Origin: Takakia lepidozioides
Lineage: Eukaryota; Plantae; Bryophyta
Assembly: GCA_030704615.1 (NCBI GenBank)
Contig: CM060734.1
Coordinates: forward strand, 33,480,001 to 33,544,000
Direction of reading: 5' to 3'
Length of the DNA: 64,000 nucleotides
How positions within the stretch are numbered: position 1 is the stretch's first letter; every line of letters begins with the position of its first letter. The position numbers and the translations under genes were made by a program. Of this stretch, positions 51,619 to 64,000 are shown in pieces. A model generated the notes under the pieces. It had not been told where the DNA came from, made no database searches, and saw only the letters and a list, made by a program, of their open reading frames with translations.

Positions 51619-54600
51619 ATGAGCAAAGACATACATGAAGAAGAGGGGCTGGTGCAAAACTCGGATAGGCTGAAAAGCAAGTTGGCCAAATATGCAGATT
51701 TTGAGAAGTGACAAAAAGAGATTAGGGGCGTTCGAAGGAAATTGAGGGCACAAGGTCGTTTTGATGATGTTGAGCTCATGACAAAAGATGTGGAAGGAAA
51801 TGTGTTGTTTCAGCTCTGGTATGATGTATGTCAAGAGGTTTATGCCCGAACAGGAAAGAGCAAACCTTATGAGGCATGTCAGAATTATCTCAGGTCTCAT
51901 GTGAAGTCTGATGGGCACCAAATGACGTACCAAAAGCGCTATGGGAAGGGGAAAGATGATCATATTGTGAGGCCTCCAAATGAACAGGAAATCTTGGCTG
52001 CCAACAAGGAAATAGTCAAAGAGGTCATAGAGGAGGTTGATAGCTTTTGCGTAGACAATCTAGGTTCAGCTTTTGAGATTGTGGAGGCAACAATTGGGGA
52101 TTACTCAAAATTGGGATCTATGAGATTAAAGTGTATGACCAATTCAAAGTGGATAGTCATGTTCTCTAAGACAGGTTCTCTTATGTTTTCATTGACAAAG
52201 CATGTCAAAGGAAAAACTCATTTGGTTGCGGGGACATGCAAGCTGAAAGATGTTGATGTAGATCTGAAAAAACGAGTTGGGAGGCCTCCAAAGTCTTCTA
52301 TTGCCCATGATAGAAAGCACAGGGATCTAAGTTCTTTCTTGATCAGCCAACCTATCATCAGATTTTCAAATTATATCACTCCAGCCACTGCAACAAACAT
52401 TTCATTCTCATCTATTATGGAGAAGAGTGATGTTTCAACACGTGACTTGTCACCGGACATCAACATTGAAGATGCATCCCCCATTTGACAACCACATGAA
52501 GGGTCCCAACGCAACAATAGGAAGTCGATGCTATGTTGGGGCCTATGGGACGAGTGGTGGGAGTACAATCGTGACAAGGTCAATCTCAAACCATTTCTTG
52601 AAGACACCAAGAAACAATTGGTATGCCGAACCTCTAACCAATGTAACCATCATTATTAACCATCGCTCGCATGTGATTGCTGGTACATTCTGACATAATG
52701 ACTGTTTGAGAATATCACTGGATGGATAACCTTTTCCAGCCATAAGATGTTATTTTTGTTCTTCAATTCCATCTGAAAGAGACTTCACAATGAAGATTTA
52801 TAGAGAGAGAATCATTGCTACTCAATTAAGAGGAGAGAGGGACACGAGAAAAAGAAGAAAGTTGTATTATCTTGGCAATTCAAAAATTATCAATCAAGTG
52901 ATCAAGGACAAGAAAGAGTTGAGAGAATTGAGGTTGACGTTGTGGGAAACAAGAACGAGAGTAGCGAGTCTTTCTGTGCGTTGTAGGGGCTTGAAGGAGG
53001 CTACTGCAGAGGCTATTGGAAGAGGAAATGTTCACAAATTCTGTCGGGACATTATGCATGCGCATAGGTCGAAGAATTTTGAAGGGAGAGAGAATTTATG
53101 GGATTTTCTTGTGGACATTGGCAAGAACATGGGCAGATCTGGAAAATGGAAGAGGTATAGCGATAGCAGAAAGATCATGTTTGAAACTATTCAACTTTGG
53201 GGTGGTCCAAAATTGTCTCATTTTTTGGCAACCAATTTGGGTGGTCCCGCACTTGATACTATAAAGCGGTCCTTGAGGAAAACAATGACATATAGGGTGG
53301 GTGAAAGGCCTGATGTGTTTCAACATGTTGCTGAAATATATCGATATGCAATTGAGAGTATGGCCCTTCTATTGGCAACTGTCCCTGTCATGATTGCTGA
53401 AGATGAGACCGTGGTGAAACGATTGGTTAAATGAGTTGCTAGGGATGATATTCTTTTGGGATTTTGCGGGGTTCGAGAAAATCATGTTTGTGTGTCAGAC
53501 TTTGTAGTTGAAATAGGAGAGGGTGAAAGAGCATTTGGCAAGATTGTAGATGCCTTCAAAGACAACACGATAGCTCATTATGCTAGAGTGTTGATAGCAA
53601 ATCATTTGCATATTAGTTTGCCTCGATTGGTTGTTGTTGTGCATCTTACATGCAATAGGTTTGACAATGAGTTCGTGAGACGTCAATGGGAGAAAATGAG
53701 GGTGTTGTGGAATAAACATGTGAGAAGGGTAGTTGGACCAATAATTGGTCATACTTTAGATGGTGATAGTCGAAGGATGAAGCTAACGTTGGAAGACTAT
53801 GACAATGGGGCTGGAGAAAGATTATTCATCCCTTGGGAAGACTAGTTATTTTCAGCAAAGGTGTTGGGGAATGGTGGAGATATCTATGGGCTACACGACC
53901 AAGACTTCATTCACAATGGCAAGAAGTTGTGAATCCATTGGACAACCCTTCACGACAACTAATCTTAGGTAAGGAACTTGCAACCTTGAACCACGTGCTT
54001 TTGGTTTATCAAACGTTTTCAAGTGATAAACATAGACTCCAAGAAGGTGATGTCAAAAAGGAAGACCGGCAAAATTGGGGGGCAGCTCAACGCATAGTTT
54101 CTCGCAAAGTGCAAGCATGCTTGAAAGAGTTGCAATCAAGTCGTAACCATCGCAAGGAGAGGACTAAAGGGACTGAAATATATCTACATGTTGTTTCATG
54201 CTACATAGATATTTTTCCTTCTTCTCACCTATCTTTGGGTGGAAGGGTACGATCTGCAACCAAAATATCGTTCTTTTTCAGATTACGGAAGCTATGGATA
54301 CATCATCATGCACTCTACAATCTGAAAGCTTACTTCATCAGCAGGGAGGCCTACTTGGACTTGCAAGTTTCATGTCATTATGTGGTTCTCCTCATCAAGC
54401 TCTTCAAAAATAAGTTCAGCCATTTGCAAGTTCCTTTGAGCATTGTCGGATCTGATATTTGTGAGATTTTTTTTCAGCAAAATTGGAGGCATGTTGCGAA
54501 ATGAGAAGACGTATGATGGCTGCGATCTCATTGAAAGTATTGATGCACTAACACGAATTTCGGAGTTTGAGGCAAAACCAAAGGGGCCAAGGTTTGCGAG

Positions 54601-55237
54601 AGCACACAAGAAACAAGAGCATATTTGGTTCACGTTGGAGAAAGATAACTCCATCCCTTTTGCTGACCTTGGTGATTTCTCTTCTGTTCAGTCAGATTAT
54701 TGCAGTGTTGAGGCTTTGAAATCTGGTTTTCTTGAAGCCCAAGACCTATGTAGCAGCTTGGGAATGAAACCGTGATGTGACCAGATCTGAATGGTGGAAT
54801 CAACCATGGAATATCGAAAAGAAGAGAGAGGTTCAGCTTTTCAAATGCATGCAGGAGGATGCCAGGATGGTGACATTGTTATTGATGATCTTTGTTTGGA
54901 AGTTGATGGAGAAACCCATGTCGAACCTGAAACTATGTAAGATCCTTCTTTAAGTGCAATGGAGGATATTTCGGACCCTTTGCAGGTGCATACAGAGGAT
55001 ATTATTGTTCAAAGCGAATTTCGGGATACCTTGGATGCCCTTATTGATGAGCAAGAAGGAGAGGAAGAATATGAGAAATCACCTATCATTTCATTTGTCA
55101 CAGTCGATGGAAAGGCTATTTTCAAGAGTACCTTGGTTAGCCAATTAAATGGCAACCCCACTCTTTCCAAAGATAGGTTAACACGAGTTCGAAGTGGAAT
55201 TTCACTTTGCAAAGAGAAAAATTCTAGCCACATTTAA
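51619..55237 (+). pseudogene. Decayed large DDE-type DNA transposase, P-element/THAP9-like motif order
   Basis: Intronless coding relic (ORF pieces 51742-52488, 52790-53434, 53456-53845, 53833-54504, 54443-54775, 54959-55237) joined by premature stops and frameshifts. Candidate motifs AEDET, GHTLDGDSRR, DQDFIHNGKK (DxxH) and GSDICEIFFSKIG. N-terminal C/H zinc-finger-like patterns. Confidence 0.65.
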
Positions 55238-55664
55238 AAAGACCATATCACGTGCGTGCATTAGTCAATAAAAAATACCCTTGTATATAGGTTACTTCAT
55301 GAATTTATCATATGTATACATATATTTTAAATTTTATTAAACCCCCTAAAGTATTTATATAAAATAATATTTTAATGAATAACAACACCCTGTTCATGTG
55401 TTGATTCAGAATATAATAAACCCTTTATTTATGTATAATTTTTAATACAAAATTGTGATAAAAGTTTTACATCAGATTTAAAAAATATTTAAAATAACTT
55501 GTATAACAAATAAAAATTAGTGTCAAATTTATTTTCCATTGATAAAATTGTCAAAAACTGTTTTATTATTTGGATCGAGCTTATACCTATTAGAGGCTGC
55601 ATCATACTTTAAAAAAGCTAATGCTATGATAGACTCTAAATCAACCATCATAAGAGTGCACCCC

Positions 55665-56117
55665 CCAGGGATTTCAACATGGTTGACAATCCTTTGGACA
55701 GATCTGAAGTAGCCAATCACAACCTTTTTCTGCTGGAAAGAGACTCCTGGGATGCTTTGTGCCATTACGTTGGTTTGATTGATGTGTCCCCTCCCTCTGG
55801 CCAAGATTTGAAATTCACTTGGTCAAATAATAGGGCTCCTCCCAATCTTAGGATGGCCAGACTTGATAGATTCTACTGTTCTTTTTGCTATCTCTATTTG
55901 ATCTAAGTCCTTGCCTTCTGGCTCCATATTGCCGGACTTTGATCATGCTGCCATCTCCTTTTCTTTTGTCACCCCTAGAGCAAAAATTAAAGGCAAGGGT
56001 TATTTTAGGCTCAACCCAACTTCAGCTGCTTTACGTTGCTTTAGCACCGATACTTTCGATTATGCTTCCAATTCGACCGAGACAGTTGCCATCAGAATAT
56101 TCTGTCCATATTTCTAA
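55665..56117 (+). mobile_element. L1-type LINE ORF2 endonuclease remnant
   Basis: GDFNMVDNPLDR, FTWSNNR...MARLDRFY, DFDHAAI...YFRLN motifs. Confidence 0.7.
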
Positions 56118-57028
56118 CGAATGACATCCCATGGATGAACAGTTTCATGTCACAACCAGTTTTGTTTGGCCTTTAGGTCTGGAGTTCAACTTCGTGTGCA
56201 TGCCATAAATGAGGATATTACCCTGCGTGCCACCGGGGTGATTCAAGGCTCAAATCCTGTTACCACGACATTTAGTAATAAACTGTGTGTGATCTTCCAA
56301 ATTTTTACTATCTATTCATAATTACTAAAGGGCAGGGCTTGCATGAATTGCATGCATTTGTTAATATATTTTCGAGGGCCTCCATCCCCTGTTCATTAAA
56401 ATTTTAAAAACAAAATTAAAAAAGGAAAAAAAGGGGGTACCTGCCTCAAATTGTAGGGTAGTATCTATTTTTGGGTTTGGTGCTTTGGCAAATTTAAGGC
56501 TTCAAATCTCGTCCCTGGTGCTCAAAGATTGGATCATTGTTGTAAGTTCTAACCAGTGTTGTATTGGTACATAGGGTTAAGGCGGGTATATAGTAGGGTA
56601 TGTGGAATGGTCTCTCAAATACCCTACTAAGGTGGGTATGAGCTGGGGGTTCTAAGTTCTAACCTGCTTTCACAGTGGCATTACCAGTTTACATTTCGCA
56701 ATGCAAATGGTCAAAAGCCCATTTGAGTTTTAATGAAGCCCCATAACTGCTTGTGGCGTTCTGGCCTTCCCCATCATGTGTGTGAGAATGCCAGGGTTGT
56801 GGAGCCTACATTTATGGTCAACGACACAAAAAGTTAAGCTATGGTGAATATGTTGTTTAGACACTGGCTTTCCGTTAGGAAGTCTGTTAGTAGGTGGTTA
56901 GTTAGCTACGATGCAGAGGGCCCCACTAAACAGCACGTGCCATCCTGTTACGTCCATTACTGTAGTTAGGCTACACAGTGCCTATTACCTCTAACCTAAC
57001 CATTTTGTATCGACCTCACGATCTTGTG

Positions 57029-57138
57029 TTAGGCTGATTTCACCCTAACAGGACCTAAAACCATATCAAGGTTACCTATTAGGCTGATTGTACCCTAACA
57101 GGACCTAACCAATTCGGTTAGGCTGACTGTACCCTAAC
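57029..57138. repeat. Three short direct repeats ttaggctgaytgtaccctaac(aggacctaa)
   Basis: Copies at ~57029, ~57079 and ~57118. Confidence 0.75.
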
Positions 57139-57975
57139 TAACGCGCACGCACTCCACGCGTATACACTATACACACGACAAGTTTGTGGGGCAGGAGAAT
57201 CCAAATTCTGACTCTTGGAAAAGAAACTTTCCCCTTTGGGCAGAAACAACCGGCTGTAGCCAGTCGTGAGCCCATGGGATGAGCCTTAAATAACACAACT
57301 GGAAATGGAAAATTTCTAATCTGGGCAGCCATGACCGGGTATCCAGGCACGTTGGCTGGCTGACCGGGTAAAGCCGGTGGAACTGGCAGGGTGGCCACCG
57401 GCAACCGGCAACAATAATGCAAACTACAGGTCTATCCTTTCGCATCGCTGCCACGTCAGAAGTTGATTTTGCACCACTCTAAGATTTCCACGTGGAGATC
57501 TCAGATTAGGGGCTTGTGGATGGCGTTGGATGCGCTGCTTTTGGACCCTGGGTTGGATGTTAACCGGAGTTAAGCCATCGTGCAGCGCAAATGGAGAGGA
57601 GAGTGAAGAGGTGAGGAAATCCAGCGGTTTGTGTGTTGGCATTCTTCCTTCTGACAATGCAGTTGACAGGTTTGGCTGGTGCTGAATTGAGGGCTTTTCA
57701 GTGATGCTCAGCAGAAGACAGAAGAATTGATGGTCGGTGTCTGGTGAAGTATGTAAGTAAGTAGTCGGTGATGTGGTGGAGATGGTGGGCTGATTTTGTT
57801 TATTATATACATGTAGCGTGCACGACGTAGTGTAAAGGGAGGAACTCTATCCAGATCTGATATGGAAAAGGTTTGATGACGGGTCCACCAGCCTGGGACG
57901 CGCACGAAGACTAGTCTTTGCTGCGGTGGGAATTGCACGCGCATTGAGGAGGATACAGACAAGTGGGAGAGGAAA

Positions 57976-58003
57976 GTGTGAGAGAGAGAGAGAGAGAGAG
58001 AGA
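57976..58003. repeat. (GA)n microsatellite in the remorin 5' region
   Basis: Direct observation. Confidence 0.85.
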
Positions 58004-58169
58004 GCAGAAAGCGTCCCCTAGGACTCCGACATAGACAGTGGTGGAGAGGTTCAGAAGGTGAAGTAGTCTCACGAGAGGGGACTGAAAACCAACCGAAGTT
58101 GTTACATACAGCGGAAGTTTTGCCAGCAGCTGAAGGCTTTTAAGACTGTACGAGTGGAAGCTCTAGGCT

Positions 58170-60410
58170 ATGACGGTCACCGAACCGCAACCTCTGTCTA
58201 ACGGAGCTCCTGATGGGGTTCCCCCAAAGGTGGAGGAGGCGACCCCGACATCTGTCAACCCCGCCCCGACACCCAAAGGTAATCATCATACTCCGCTCCA
58301 CTCTGGCACCCTTCATAACGTCAGTGATGTGAACAGAACAGATAGGGAAATTGAAGCACCAGGGATGTGAACAGATAGGGAGTTGAAGCACCAGTGAGTT
58401 GACGAAAATCTTTCTTTGTTTTGCAGAGACGGGGACGCCTGTAGCACCTTCCCCCCAGCTGGCAGAGGCGAAAGAGACCCAACGTATGCATTCGCTGCCC
58501 TTCTTATCGTCCACAATCACATTCCCACGGAAGTAAGGTCGAAGGAGAAGGTGTTAGACAATTATGATGCTGAGAACCATAGAGTTCCTGCTCCTAGTCA
58601 GTGAACACGAATGTGCACGATACAAATATGGGAAGAAAGTACATTCAGAACGAGATTGGTCATGGGCGTAATGTTGTGCCATGTCCCTTATATGACCCCT
58701 CCTTGCCTGTGATACTCTTGCAACTCCGTCATGGCCCTCTCACAGCCACGCCCATTTCCTAGAAGTAAGCTTACTCTAATTGCTCTCTAGAACTACAGAG
58801 GTACTGGGTGGTGCCACGAGGACCGCCCCTCTGGAGTGTAGACTCTAAGGAGGCATTTGGGTTGTTCAGGAAAGTCGAGAATTGAGTGATACCTTCCAAG
58901 CCTCTTCCAAGTGGATATTATAATGAAGCAAACTGGGCTAAAACAGTGTTAGTTTCAAACTTCCCACCGAGACCCTGGAAAGTTCGTCCATGCGTGTGCG
59001 CGTACTGAAAGGGGGCCCACGGCTTCATCCTTATGCTGAGATACACTTAGTGAAATGCTCCAGGAAAGTTATCCTGCCCATCTGAGAGCGGAAGTTTAGA
59101 TCGTGTAAACTAGTAACGCTCTAATATTGTTTTTTCTCATGCAGATACCGAGACTGCTCCTGGAGCTCCGAAAGGCCACCCACAAGCAACAGACCCAAAT
59201 GCAGGTAATAAACTCTTGGTCGCACGTGCATTTGAGGGTGATGAATAGGAGCCTGCACTGGGACCGTCAGGGATCTGCCCATAACAAGTAACAATCGCGT
59301 TCAGGTTCCCATGTCAAACTCCATACCTCAAGCACAGCAGATTGCTGTGTTTAAGACTTTTCTTTGCTGGACTCTTAAACACTGCAGTCCGACTAGTGTA
59401 GTACCATGGTGGACTCGAGTCGACCTCACAGCTGTAAGTTTGGGTCCACTGCAGGGGCGCTTGTGCCTCAGGAGCCCAAGACCGAAGGAAAACCGGAGTC
59501 TACTGCAGCTCCAGTGCTGGAGACTTCCGCCTCAGAAACCGCCCTTGCTAAAGTGCAGCACGACAAGATGCATTCGCGTGCAAGAGCCTGGGAAGAGAGT
59601 GCCAAAGCTAAATTGGCAAACCGGTGAGCACTTCCACAGTTATCTGGCACCATTCATGATTGAACTAGCATGTGGTAGTGTTGCAGATTCCGTAGATAGT
59701 AATTTTTGTGCTACAAGTTACAGTGCAACACTTGGCCAATTCTCTTGTGATGGGTGAGCTTATATGTGTACATTGGTTCTCTATAGGGCTGCAAGAGAGG
59801 AAGCCAAAATAACGGCCTGGGAGACCAATATGAAGAACAACGCGGAAGCGCGCTTGCATAAAGCTGAGGCAAGCGACTGGCACCTATCTACACCTCCTTC
59901 CCACACGTATTTGTCTACCATATGTTATTTTGTGGGTGAAGAAACGAGCTACATACATCCATGAAAATCCAAGTGTTCATGGGAACGGCATAACAAACAA
60001 AGAACTGTGAAAGCTACTGTCTCCCCACAGTCTCTGAAGACAAAATACTTACTATCACCCTCAGATAGAATGGGGGCAATGTTTCTGTGCACAGTGAGGA
60101 AATGTCTTACTTCGTGAACCAGCAACTTTGTCAGCCTATGTATGAGAAGGAGCGATGGTTAGATCAGAGATCGTACAATTCCTGACAATATTTGTTATTT
60201 GTTGGACACCAGCAATACTTGGAGAAACAGAGAGCCAAGTACACGGAGACGATGAAAAATGAAGTGGCGTTGGCCCACCGAACGGCTGAAGAGAAGAGGG
60301 CTGTCGTGGAAGCAAAACGGGGCGAAGAGTTCGTCAAAGTAGACGAGCTCGCTGCCAAGTACCGCGCTACCGGAAAACTGGCTCGCAAATATCTATGCTT
60401 CACACCCTGA
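58170..60410 (+). CDS. Remorin family protein (group 1-like), 6 exons, ~224 aa
   Basis: Exons 58170-58278, 58427-58483, 59145-59204, 59455-59623, 59787-59868 (GC donor), 60213-60410 (675 nt, in frame). Pro-rich disordered N-terminus; Remorin_C RARAWEESAKAK...KITAWE...LEKQRAKYTETMKNEVA..H..AEEKRAVVEAKRGE...AAKYRATG; C-terminal anchor YLCFTP. N-terminal exons are less certain. Confidence 0.9.
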
Positions 60411-61710
60411 CTCCAGACCCTCTCTTCCTCTTCCTCCTTCAGAAGCTGTACACTACACCGCTCATGCCAATCATTGTTTGTACTTGTAAAGCATATTCGT
60501 ACTATCTTGTACCCGTCTGTATACCGCGATGACTCCTTATGTGGATAGATTGTACTTGGCAAAATAAAATCTAGTTAAACACTCAGCAATCTTAGCCAAT
60601 CTACAATGCTTCCTACAATGCTATGCTTATGTACTGAATACAATATTTTCTACATGAACGATGGCTTGTGATATACTTTCCGTAATGCAAACTACAACTT
60701 TCTCATCTCGAAATATTCTCTTTCTGCAAACTCCTTCGCACATTCCTTGAAGATAGCACTTCTTGGAAGAGAGAACCATATGAACAGCAACAAAGAAAAT
60801 AGCTTTTGAAGCTATTCCCCAAACAGATGGAAACACTACAGCTAAGTAGCTGGCTCAGTGGCAACCGCATGAAACTGCTAACTTGCTGATCATAGGGCGC
60901 TTGAGAATAACCATATGAAGTGAAACATCCTGTCCATGCTAATTTCGGTGGAGGACTACTTTCACTGTGAATGACAGAAGGACCAATGTACATCATATAC
61001 AAGGAGAGAGAAACTCCATTCAATAAAAGCCATCAATTCAAATTGCACCAAGAGGAAAGACACCTTTATCAGTTGTCACCATAAAAATATTGAGCAATTG
61101 GGCCCCCTCACATGAAAAATATACCATTTTCATTGATAAGACAAGAACAAAATCCAGCTTCCCCTCAATTTTTACTAGGACCTAGCCCAGCTCCTATTGT
61201 TCAATCATTCAAAGCTGGAAAGTAGACCTTAAAACTCCAAAAAGCCATTCCATCTTAATTGCTGAGGGACCTGACATTCACTCAGCTCAGAATTTATTCT
61301 CCGTCAACTTAAACCAGTTTAGAACCCTGAGACCCGACCTCAAGATGTGGCAAAACTGAGGAAGTCCACAACTGAAGTTCAAGATATGGAGGGTACCAAA
61401 CATAGAACAGACACTATTCTGGGAGTACGACTGTAAGGTCCATACAAGAACCCATGGATCTTGCAACGCAACAGACAGGAGGAGAGATGTTAACTCGGAC
61501 ACTCTCAGAAACTTCCTTAGCTAGTTGTCAAATTACAAGTAAGGAAATAAACTGATATAACATCCGATGCCCTAGGACGCAAGTGCAGGTGTGCACAAAC
61601 AAGCCATCCTTCCAAATAAATCTCCAAACCTGCCAGAAAGCCAAGAGATCATCCAATTGCAAGTCTCTCCTCAATACACCTCAACCATCTCACCACAAGA
61701 CTCTTACAGC

Positions 61711-63361
61711 CTAGTTCTTGGGCCCGATATCCTTCAGAGCGCAGATCTGCTCCTCTCCCATAGCAGCCATAACAGTCACCACCAGATCCTTTCCGACAGC
61801 AAAGCCCTCTGTCAACTGCAAATACCAAACTTTCAGTTACACATTGGGACATACTCAGATACATTCAGACTAACATCACAGCCCAACCTCTGCAGCTCAC
61901 CACCCACTACTTGGGGGCTTTCGACTTCCATGGACATCAAAGAGATAAAGACTACCAACCCTAATCAACTCCCCCACCATACCTGACCAGGATTATTACC
62001 CAGAACATTACCTGAGGAAGAAGCTGGTCATCAGTGGGAAGCCGTAGGTCATCCTTGGTATCCCCATTCTCAGTTAGGAGGCTCACCTGTATTCACAAGG
62101 TGGGAAATTAGTATGACCAGAAGCAAAAGAGCCTGTACAGTGTCCAGTAAGGGGAAAGAAGATGGCCAATATACAATGAACGACAATTGCTGGCCTTAAG
62201 GACTCAGAAGCCCGTAAGATTTGCTGGGACAGAGCATAAATGATGCAGTAGGGCAGATGACACTTACAAATCCATCCTCAGATATGTCAATCAGCTGGTA
62301 ATCAGTGCGCACCACCTCTGGAACCTGTCACAAGCACACCATAATTGTAAGCTAAACAGCATCTCTGTTATTATTAGCAAAACTCAGCCACACAAAAAGC
62401 AAGTGGGTCCAGATAGACTCTTACATCACAATTGTGAGAAGAAGGAACAATATCCTCCAACTTCTTCCCAGTAAAGATGTCTATTCCCACGAAGTGACAC
62501 TTGGCGTGACCGTGCTTTCCAGTCTTCGACGTTGACACCTCAACAACCTTCAGAGGACCACACACAGCTTATGAGCCTAGCTTCATCATTACACTTCTGT
62601 CTGCGTCAAGTCTAACTCATCATCAGACATAAACATGCAAGTTCATCTCTACTTGCTAGAAGATTCAAAGTGTCCATTTCGGCCGGCGGAGTCTCACAAC
62701 CCTCCACCGTTATGCTCTCCTGCACTCCTTCCTACTGTACTGAAAACTTAACCAACCTGAACTAAGATCAAACGCTGCACGTTGCCGTACTAAATAATAC
62801 GAAAAAATTCAATAACCCTTGGTTGATTCGATATACAGACAGACCCAGTCTCTCCCGGTAAACACATTCCAAAAACGCAGCATTCGAAGCAATTGACCTA
62901 CGAATCTAAATTAACGAGAGGACCAGCGTAACGTGAAAGCGACAGGACACCTAGGCTTCCGAGGACAAGCCAGGAACAACCTTCGAAACCAACAAAAAGC
63001 GCGAATGAAACACATGTAGAGGCATGTCTACCCGCGGGGGATCAAGTATAAAACACGACTGGAGGACAACCTCTGCACCAAGAAGGGCTGTACAGCATAC
63101 ACCCCTACCAGGCACACTGTCAAAAAAGAGTCGTAAGGCAACTTGCCAGGGACGAAAGAGCGAAACCCTGAAAGTCAGTCTGTGGCTCATAACTCATAAC
63201 CCTCAACACGCATACAAACGAAGAGACCGGAAGAGTACCTTGCAAGGCCTCTGCTTGATCACAATGTAAGCGTTCTTGCGAATGGTTCCAGCCTGCTGCG
63301 GGAAGGTCTTGGAGGCGCCGGCATCGGCCTTGGAGTCGAAGTGATGATCATCATCCGACAT
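61711..63361 (-). CDS. eIF5A: Eukaryotic translation initiation/elongation factor 5A, 5 coding exons, 160 aa
   Basis: Minus exons 63361-63239, 62547-62425, 62324-62268, 62086-62012, 61815-61711. [30 protein letters not shown]..., hypusine loop [14 protein letters not shown]-terminus [16 protein letters not shown]. Confidence 0.97.
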
Positions 63362-64000
63362 GGCTATATCTCCTCTGCTTCTTGTGTGCAGGCAGGCGGG
63401 GATTGAGACAGCGCAGGAGATCCCAAGCTCTTGCCGCTAGATCTCCCCGCTTCCTCACCTCCGAGAGGAATCGCCCTCTCCGCTGCCTCCCAATCCGCGC
63501 GCCCAACCCTGCGATCAAGAAACAAACAAAGGGCGATAGCAGATGCGAGCGCGCCAAAAGACAGCGTCGGGACTTTCCTCCAGGGCTTCGAGGCGGCCAC
63601 CCCCTCACCGTCCGATCCCCATCTGGACGGCTCCTGCCGCTTCTCCCCGCCCCCGCACCACCGCCCATTTAGGGCTTCACCCGAGTGGTTAGAAACTTGT
63701 GCCACCGCCTACTCCCGGTCACCCTCGCTCCCCGCAACTCCCCTTTCTTCCTTTCGCCACCGCCACCCGAAGGCCCTATTCCGCCCTGCTTTAGGTCGAT
63801 CCGGTGGCATAATCTGCCATCCACACGTGGCGGCTGACTCTCCGTACCTGCAGAATCAGCAAGCGCTGCTCATTCTGCAACGGGAATCGGCCCAGTGGGG
63901 TGTATTTTTTCAGATTTATACGCGTTGATCGTATATACGTATCGTACACTGATAACTGCCTTCGAAGCTCCTTGGAGGTACCCCTGTTTTCGACGAAGAA

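Noticed and set aside
63351-63928. Overlapping 96-165-aa ORFs upstream of eIF5A
   Set aside because: GC-rich promoter/5' UTR producing stop-poor frames on both strands; no recognisable domains.

Overview
Eukaryotic nuclear DNA from a land plant, probably seed-free (bryophyte-like; inferred from gene and TE types). Four intact intron-containing genes can be reconstructed by hand: a 20-exon delta-1-pyrroline-5-carboxylate synthase (P5CS, +, 1683-13421), a group IIb WRKY factor (+, 30818-34605), a group 1-type remorin (+, 58170-60410, one GC-AG intron) and eIF5A (-, 61711-63361). Intergenic space is a nested TE graveyard. It holds a decayed Ty1/copia inside a TIR (hAT-like) relic, a chromodomain-bearing Ty3/gypsy with an extra ORF inside a probable Ulp1-carrying TIR relic, a pogo/Tigger-like fragment, LINE fragments, tRNA-type SINEs and MITEs. 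The most unusual items are (i) a ~3.6-kb decayed, intronless DDE transposase with P-element/THAP9-like motif order next to arrays of ~24-bp palindromes, (ii) a ~75-100-bp TSD-flanked retroposon family that folds into a GNRA/UUCG/loop-E-type RNA, (iii) a young non-L1 LINE inserted beside an older remnant of its own 3' end in a P5CS intron, and (iv) a tandem duplication of the P5CS exon-3 donor that creates a possible recursive splice site or 3-nt microexon. All calls come from reading the sequence only; no database searches were run.
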